Positions 57,782 through 64,000 of a DNA stretch of 64,000 bases are shown here, piece after piece (the stretch's first letter is position 1; every line of letters starts with the position of its first letter). This DNA is from an uncultured archaeon. GTDB lineage: Archaea > Asgardarchaeota > Lokiarchaeia > Sigyniarchaeales > SOKP01. Made by a program: the position numbers and the translations under genes. Below the pieces are notes generated by a model. That model searched no databases and had not been told where the DNA came from. It saw only the letters and a list, made by a program, of their open reading frames with translations. The stretch is from the NCBI GenBank assembly GCA_964632315.1, contig CAZWEM010000019.1, forward strand, positions 1,486 to 65,485, written 5' to 3'.

Positions 57782-58122
57782 TTATTTTTCTAATCTTACT
57801 AACCAATGCATTGAAACCATGGTGGTACCGTCAAGTGGATCTAAAGTAGCTTCAAGTAATATCTTCATTCCATTACCAGATACTTCTGAGAGGATTCTTC
57901 TACATTCCTCATATTCAAGTAATCTATCTTCTAAGATGTAAGGCTTTCCTTTTTCTATGTAATGCAATCGTGATAAGGCACCAATCTCGCCAAACTTTCC
58001 TTCAACGACTTCTACTTTTTCCAGATATTTTGTCCAATGGAGCAGTTATCTGGATTTATGAATGCTCTCCACACGATATCTACAGGTCGAGTAATATTAG
58101 TTGAGAACTTAAAACTTACCAA
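57782..58122 (-). pseudogene. SRPBCC/AHSA1-like gene interrupted by a frameshift in an A5 run
   Basis: The frame from TTG 58122 (VSFKFSTNITRPVDIVWRAFINPDNCSIGQNIWKK) stops at 58012-58014. The other frame continues VEVVEGKFGEIGALSRLHYIEKG... to 57782. One extra A in the run at 58016-58020 fuses the two. Confidence 0.5.
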
Positions 58123-58485
58123 TTAAAATCTTTTTTGACAATTTAGTTTTATTACTTTATAAGTACAATTCATTTATTAATAATCCCATTTATCCTAGGA
58201 CAAAAATGAAATAAATTTAGGTAATTAATTATATCGGTATCTATCATTCACATACAATATCAAAATAGGTGATAGGGTTTCATGAGGTAAAGATTTAAAT
58301 ATCATGACTTTCATTTTTAATTTTGCAATATTAAAGTTTTACAATAGGAGAAGTATTAATCACAAAATTTATAGGGTCAAGGCCATAATTAATTCACAAA
58401 GACACAATTTCAATTTTAATCTAAGTTTTATAATTCATAATATCAAGTTTAATGTATACCAAATAATTCTTTAGAACAAATTCCC

Positions 58486-59013
58486 ATGTATGATGCAATA
58501 TTTAAGGTTGTCATTTTTGGAGATGCTGGTTGTGGTAAGACTACTTTAACACATCGTTTCATGACAGGTTCATTTATTTCGCATTCAAACATGACAATTG
58601 GAGTCGATTTTAAATCTAAATTAGTCGACGCTAATGGCAGTCAGGTAAAACTGATGATATGGGATTTTGGAGGAGAAGAGCGATTTCGATTTATCTTTCC
58701 GCAATATGTAATAGGTGCGATGGGGGGTATTTTAATGTATGACATTACGGATTATTCATCATTTGCACATATAAATGCATGGTTGTCTTTAATGAATGGT
58801 GCAAGAGACAGATTCCCCATCATATTACTTGGAGGAAAATTAGATTTAGATGATATGAGAGAAATTTCTCATCAAGAGGGAACAAAAATCGCTTACTCAA
58901 TGGGACTTGATAAATATATTGAATGCTCCAGTAAAACGGGAGAAAATGTAAATAAAGCATTTGAAGAACTAACTAGATTAATGCTTAATAAAATGTCAAT
59001 CCAAGCTCTTTAA
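58486..59013 (+). CDS. Ras/Rab-like small GTPase with divergent G3/G4
   Basis: G1 GDAGCGKT, G3 WDFGGEERF (Glu in place of catalytic Gln), G4 GGKLD, G5 SSKTG. Confidence 0.9.
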   Translation: MYDAIFKVVIFGDAGCGKTTLTHRFMTGSFISHSNMTIGVDFKSKLVDANGSQVKLMIWDFGGEERFRFIFPQYVIGAMGGILMYDITDYSSFAHINAWLSLMNGARDRFPIILLGGKLDLDDMREISHQEGTKIAYSMGLDKYIECSSKTGENVNKAFEELTRLMLNKMSIQAL

Positions 59014-59049
59014 TTTGAATACATCTCTCTCATTATTAAGTTATATATT

Positions 59050-59283
59050 TCAGTTAAAAAAGAATCTGAAAAAAGCTCGATCAAAATCACTTAAAAATAA
59101 ATTATTAATCTCTCCAAATCTATAGCATCCAAAGTCTTTCATAAAATCTGATTTTACTTGAATATTTTCAGATTCGAAATATTCATTAAGTGAATCTGTA
59201 AACTGGTTTATGGCATCATTATTTATTTCTCCGAATTCTATCTCTCCAAATTCTTTAGAAAAATCAATATCAGATAATACCAA
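59050..59283 (-). CDS. questionable small acidic ORF with internal FGEI(N) repeats
   Basis: 77 aa, TTG start. FGEIEFGEINN and YRFGEINN. No other support. Confidence 0.3.
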   Translation of the reverse strand: MVLSDIDFSKEFGEIEFGEINNDAINQFTDSLNEYFESENIQVKSDFMKDFGCYRFGEINNLFLSDFDRAFFRFFFN

Positions 59284-59920
59284 CTTTCACTATCACCTCA
59301 ATGTCTCATGATAAATTCCTAATTAAAACATGCGTATTTTAGAACATAAATTATACAAGAATGCAGATATAATTTGAAATCCTTTAATTAACTAATCTTA
59401 TAATGTAAAAACATCTTGTTGATCAGTTCAATATTTACCTTAAAACAATTAACTCATCACTAAAAATTCTTCCTTTTTTAAGTTTTCAAATTTCACTTGT
59501 TTAATGCTTACCTTATAGCTTAAAATAGTTGAAGTGAGTATTAAATCATTTTTTCTATTCTCAATCGGAATGTTACGCTTTTCTTTAGAGAATCAGAAAT
59601 TTCGAATTTAATCTCGTGATTCAGATTACTCTTCTTAAAATTGGCTTATGGGACATTTTGATTTCCACAGCGTATGGGTTTTAATCATTTTACTTTTTAG
59701 TGGTAATTAATAACAATTCAATCACCACTCAATCATCAGAAACACTCGATAATTTATCCTCATCATTTTCAATAACCATATATAAAAACTGTGGTAAGAA
59801 GAAAGACAAGGGAATAAAACTAAGCTAATAAAATTTTTTAATGTGTAAATATATGTTTGTCAAAAATGTACCTTTTTGTTATTGCATACTTGCATTTGTC
59901 ATTTATTGTTTTTTAACTCT

Positions 59921-60283
59921 TCAGAGCTTTGTATCATGAATTTTTGGATGGTGTCCTATTAAATCGGTTAAGTCATATCTTATATAATCCCACCCACGTT
60001 TTTTTAAGAATTCAGCGACAAATGACGGTACTCTTCCCTCCAATCCGCAACCATAATAGTCACCGTAAGGTTTTTCACTAAATGATGCTAAAAGATTAGC
60101 AGCTGAATTCCAACTATAAGCTATTTTACCTACATGAATTCTAGACTTATTATATTTGTGCCATTCGACATTACAGATGGAACCATATATTTCTTTTTGT
60201 TTATCTGAATATTTTCTAACTAAAATCTTAATATATCTTTCAAAATCTTTATTTAGAATTTCATTCGTATTAATCGCTTCCAT
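59921..60283 (-). CDS. hypothetical protein
   Basis: 120-aa ORF with ATG start, divergent from the Lrp/AsnC gene. No motif recognised. Confidence 0.5.
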   Translation of the reverse strand: MEAINTNEILNKDFERYIKILVRKYSDKQKEIYGSICNVEWHKYNKSRIHVGKIAYSWNSAANLLASFSEKPYGDYYGCGLEGRVPSFVAEFLKKRGWDYIRYDLTDLIGHHPKIHDTKL

Positions 60284-60540
60284 TTTATTTAAAATTCAAT
60301 ACAAACTTCAATCCACCATATGATTGTTCGGCGGTCTTACTGATCACCGAACATTTGTTCAATTAAACAGTGTTAAATGAAATATTTAAAGCTACGATTT
60401 ATAAATTTTAAATATTTATGGATATGTTTATTCGGTATTATTGATGATTGGCAAAATATGCGTACAAGATAAATCAAGAATAAATAAAAATTATTCGTAT
60501 AATTTATTTATAAAGAGATATATATTTTTATTGAAGAAGA

Positions 60541-60993
60541 ATGGATGAAATAGATAGAAAAATATTAACCTTACTACAGGAAAATAGCAAGATTTCATAT
60601 AATAAATTAGCCAAAAAGTTAGAATTAGCTACAAGCACGGTATATACTCGTGTAAAAAATTTGGAAAAAGAAGATGTTATTAAACAATACAGCATAATAA
60701 TAGACCATGAAAAAGCAGGATTAAAAACGATTGCTATATTAGGATTGAATGTGGATCCTTTAAGAATGAAAGAAATTGCTAAAAAATTGGCTAATTTAAA
60801 CAATGTTCTATTAGTAGCTATAACTACGGGGGATCACGATCTTATTATACAAATTATTGCCACGGATGAAAGAGAGCTATGGAGAATTATTAATGAAAAA
60901 ATCAAACCCATTGAGGGTATAAGATCGCAAACAAGCGTATCGAGTTTTATTGAGATTTACAAAAGGACTCATTTAATAGACCTGTTAGGATAA
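60541..60993 (+). CDS. Lrp/AsnC-family transcriptional regulator
   Basis: MDEIDRKILTLLQENSKISYNKLAKKLELATSTVYTRVKNLEKEDVIKQY HTH, then a RAM-like C-terminal domain. Confidence 0.9.
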   Translation: MDEIDRKILTLLQENSKISYNKLAKKLELATSTVYTRVKNLEKEDVIKQYSIIIDHEKAGLKTIAILGLNVDPLRMKEIAKKLANLNNVLLVAITTGDHDLIIQIIATDERELWRIINEKIKPIEGIRSQTSVSSFIEIYKRTHLIDLLG

Positions 60994-61294
60994 TAATTTT
61001 ATTTCTCAATCATTAGACTTTCTTTAAACCATAATTTTAATAGTAATGAGATAGGATCATTTCTGATTTCACTGCTTATTGCTGTTCAGTCATGTTTTAG
61101 TACTATATTTATTATATGAAGAGAAATTTAAATCCTAATTCTTGTAGATAATACCCGAATAGTTCTAAAAGAGAACCTTAATTCTTAAAAAGAGAATAGG
61201 ATAATTATATTTTAACCGTGTATCTTAGAGAATAAATCTTAAAAGTTTATATAGCAATTATTTTATTAGAAGAAGGTAAATTCAGAAGGTAAAA

Positions 61295-62392
61295 ATGGCA
61301 AACCTTAGCAGTATTCTACTGAGCAAAATCCATCCTAGCTGTGCAGTATGGGAAATCACATTAAGATGTAATAGTAAATGCATTCATTGTGGTTCTGATG
61401 CGGGATCCACTAGATCTGACGAGTTAACTACAAGCGAAGCTTTAAATTTAGTAAAACAAATACGAGATTCTGGTTATAAAGGTGTTGCTTTAATGGGGGG
61501 CGAGCCTTTATTAAGAGAAGATTGCCTTGAGATTGGAAAAGAAATAAAACAGCAAAAAATGCAGTTGTCTATTATCACTAACGGAATAATATTAGAACGA
61601 TATCTAAAGGAAATCAAAAATATAGAGACTGACTGTGTGACCCTAAGTTTAGATGGTGGGACCGCAAAAACCCACGACTATTTACGAGGTTCTAAAGGAT
61701 CATTTAATAACACCATGAGGCTCATTGCATTATTAAAACAACATCAGATTCCAGTAAGCATCATTACAACGGTAAATAAACTAAATTTAAAGGAATTAAA
61801 CATGATAAAGAATATGATTCTCGATAGTCAAATTGCATGGCAAATACAAATAGCAATTCCTATCGGAAGATTTCCTAGAGAATTAGTTATATCGCGTGAA
61901 GAATTTTATGCACTCGCATTATTTATTGAGGTTAATTACAGAAAATATAAGTATAAACGATTACCTTTAATTGGAGCTCATTGCTTTGGATATTTTTCTC
62001 GATATATCCATCATTTAGCGTTGAGTCCTTGGATTGGATGTCAAGCTGGTTTTTCGACTTTAGGGATTCAGAGTAATGGGAACATTAAAGGATGCTTGAC
62101 TTTACCAGATGATTATATCGAAGGCAATATTAGAGATGAAAGCCTTAAAGACATCCTAATCCGATTGAGGAAAAGGAAATCAGTTCCACGAGGTTATTGT
62201 CAATCCTGTGATGTCTTTAAAGAATGTAAAGGGGGATGTTTGGGAACATCTCTTGCATTAGAATCATTTGAAAATCCATACTGCTTGAGAGCTATAGAAA
62301 ATTCTTTTATTGCCCAAAATAAGAATCAAAAGAAAACGAAAACTGAAGCAAAAAGTGCAAGATTAAATAATCTTTTAAAAATTTTTAATTAA
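61295..62392 (+). CDS. radical SAM enzyme with C-terminal SPASM domain
   Basis: ITLRCNSKCIHCG (CxxxCxxC), MGGEPLL, GCQAGFSTLGIQSNGNIKGC, CQSCDVFKECKGGCLG. Confidence 0.85.
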   Translation: MANLSSILLSKIHPSCAVWEITLRCNSKCIHCGSDAGSTRSDELTTSEALNLVKQIRDSGYKGVALMGGEPLLREDCLEIGKEIKQQKMQLSIITNGIILERYLKEIKNIETDCVTLSLDGGTAKTHDYLRGSKGSFNNTMRLIALLKQHQIPVSIITTVNKLNLKELNMIKNMILDSQIAWQIQIAIPIGRFPRELVISREEFYALALFIEVNYRKYKYKRLPLIGAHCFGYFSRYIHHLALSPWIGCQAGFSTLGIQSNGNIKGCLTLPDDYIEGNIRDESLKDILIRLRKRKSVPRGYCQSCDVFKECKGGCLGTSLALESFENPYCLRAIENSFIAQNKNQKKTKTEAKSARLNNLLKIFN

Positions 62393-62416
62393 ATAATTTA
62401 GGAGGATCATGTAAAA

Positions 62417-62695
62417 ATGATATATGAAATTATAAATTTGTATCGCATTGGTAAAACTTTGAGATTAAAGCCAAGTGAGATTAGCAACATTTTAACCGAT
62501 AAAAAACGACAATTTAGAAGCAATCTCATGGTCTCGTTTTTTATTGTTTCCGTACTTGTCTTTATAATCGTCTTGATTTCAATTATGAGTTCTATAATTG
62601 GAAATACCGCAGTAAATACGACTCCTGATAATACATATACTACTGGAACATTTTATTCAACAGTAAAATTAAAAGATTTTAAGAAAAAGCAATGA
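62417..62695 (+). CDS. small single-TM protein with Thr/Tyr-rich C-terminal tail
   Basis: 92 aa. TM LMVSFFIVSVLVFIIVLISIMSSII. Tail NTAVNTTPDNTYTTGTFYSTV. Stop overlaps the next start (ATGA). Confidence 0.45.
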   Translation: MIYEIINLYRIGKTLRLKPSEISNILTDKKRQFRSNLMVSFFIVSVLVFIIVLISIMSSIIGNTAVNTTPDNTYTTGTFYSTVKLKDFKKKQ

Positions 62696-64000
62696 AGTTA
62701 AACATTGGTTGTGGAAAAAAATACGACCCCAATTATGTGAATGTTGACTTTCAAGAAGTTTTAATAGCAGATAAAATCATGTCTGCTATCGATCTTGATT
62801 TTAATGATAATAGTTTTGAGGAAGTAAAAGCAATCCATTTAATTGAGCATTTAAGTTTCTTCGAATCACACTATGCTCTCAGTGAATTTTTTAGAGTTTT
62901 AGATTTTAATGGTAAATTAATAATAGAAACCCCTGATATAGAATCTGCATTTAAAAGCTACTTGAACTCTAATTACGAAAAGCAGAAGGAAATCTTGGGA
63001 TGGATATTTGGTGTTCCAGATCCAGGCCTTCAGCATAAATTATGTTATCCTCTTGGAATGCTGTTAGATTTATTAGAAAAAACAGGATTTGAATATTTTG
63101 GAAAAAAAGTTTTTTATAATGCAGAATCCATACCGACATTAAGGATCATCAGTAAAAAACCATCAAAAGGAGAAATTGAAGAGAATTTCCACCTTATGAC
63201 TCTTATTCGTAAGCAATTGATAAGAAAAGAGCAGGTGCATTTTGTGGATTCTTATATAAACAAAGAACAAGAAGATTTACTGACCTATATTCTAGTTAAA
63301 TTCCACGACTTTGAAAAATATAATGATCGTGGATTCTTTTATGACATTATAACTAAAACATTAATTAGATCACCAGTTATTACTGAAGCTTTCTTAACAG
63401 CTATCCAAAATTATGAATTTGTTTCCGAACTTGAATCTAAAAACATTTTTGAATTTACTAAAAAGTTGAAGGAAATAAATTTTCCAAATATTTTGATTAA
63501 TTCGCTAATGAAAGTTCCGATTATCCCAGGATCTCAAAGATTAGCTCTCTTTTCAATTGAATCTTTTGGGGAAAAAATAATCGAAAAAATTATATTTTCA
63601 AAAGATGAGAGAGAGAAAGAATTGAATCACTTGCAGAAATTATCTGATACGACTCATTCCATTGAGCTTGATTTTTATTCCCCATTAATTGTTAAAAAGA
63701 AATCGGAAGATTATTTTTATCAAGGTGTAAAATTCTTTTATCTCAATAACTTGCGTAAATCACAAAATTATTTTTTACTTGCTCTGAAATTATATCGAGA
63801 TGATTTCTTATATTTCTGGAACTTCGCAAGGGTCTTAACAAAATTGGATAAAAAACAAAATGCATTAAGTTTCTATAAAAAAGCGTTAAGATTACTAAGA
63901 ATCAGTAATGTTGAGAATAAAACCAAAATTAAAAATGAATTAAAGCGAGAAATGAAATTAATCAAGGATGATTCACAGAACCGAGAATTAACCCCAATTC
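62692..64000 (+). CDS. class I SAM-dependent methyltransferase fused to a helical/TPR-like region (3' partial, runs off the window)
   Basis: Hand-translated, no stop to 64000. MKLNIGCGKKYDPNYVNVD, AIHLIEHL, GKLIIETPD. Later TPR-like YQGVKFFYLNNLRKSQNYFLLALKLYRDD...ALSFYKKALRL. Confidence 0.75.
   Translation, partial: MKLNIGCGKKYDPNYVNVDFQEVLIADKIMSAIDLDFNDNSFEEVKAIHLIEHLSFFESHYALSEFFRVLDFNGKLIIETPDIESAFKSYLNSNYEKQKEILGWIFGVPDPGLQHKLCYPLGMLLDLLEKTGFEYFGKKVFYNAESIPTLRIISKKPSKGEIEENFHLMTLIRKQLIRKEQVHFVDSYINKEQEDLLTYILVKFHDFEKYNDRGFFYDIITKTLIRSPVITEAFLTAIQNYEFVSELESKNIFEFTKKLKEINFPNILINSLMKVPIIPGSQRLALFSIESFGEKIIEKIIFSKDEREKELNHLQKLSDTTHSIELDFYSPLIVKKKSEDYFYQGVKFFYLNNLRKSQNYFLLALKLYRDDFLYFWNFARVLTKLDKKQNALSFYKKALRLLRISNVENKTKIKNELKREMKLIKDDSQNRELTPI

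Noticed and set aside
1-64000. Search for CRISPR arrays, tRNA/rRNA genes, transposases/integrases, prophage genes, and Pyl/Sec recoding
   Set aside because: I saw no regularly spaced direct repeats, no GC-rich cloverleaf-like islands in intergenic regions and no recombinase-like ORFs. The MttB and FwdB homologs are uninterrupted, so no TAG or TGA recoding is required.

Overview
AT-rich (about 30% GC by eye), densely coding window that looks archaeal. I call about 66 protein-coding ORFs. I recognised no rRNA, tRNA, CRISPR array, transposase or integrase. Many genes abut or overlap by 1-4 nt, and at least 10 start with TTG or GTG. The gene content points to an Asgard (Loki-type) archaeon; this is inference, since no database search was possible. 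It includes five Ras/Rab-like small GTPases, two clear Roadblock/LC7 ORFs, a third Roadblock domain fused to one of the GTPases, and a weaker Roadblock/longin-like candidate. It also includes a profilin-like ORF, two V4R (Bet3/TRAPP-like) proteins, a vWA protein with two C4HC3 PHD/RING-type fingers, and a HEAT+LRR protein. These sit among anaerobic metabolism genes: formylmethanofuran dehydrogenase fwdB-D-A, a non-pyrrolysine MttB-family methyltransferase, a glycyl-radical enzyme, enoyl-CoA hydratases, an HdrD-like Fe-S protein and NifX-like plus MinD-ferredoxin ATPases. Housekeeping genes include metG, ppa, mscL and Mrp/NBP35. The best candidate for an unexplored system is the tightly coupled four-gene block at 50.8-53.7 kb. 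It is a duplicated two-gene unit (winged-helix protein plus V4R/Bet3-like protein), and one copy carries a Roadblock-GTPase-winged-helix fusion. Other candidates are a three-gene operon encoding a membrane-anchored GNAT with two unknowns (46.1-50.4 kb), an orphan glycyl-radical enzyme, a radical-SAM/SPASM cluster at the right edge, and a small decaying region (57.4-59.9 kb) with a frameshifted gene and a PGF-CTERM-like fragment. All functional calls rest on motifs read from the supplied translations, so they are family-level calls only.
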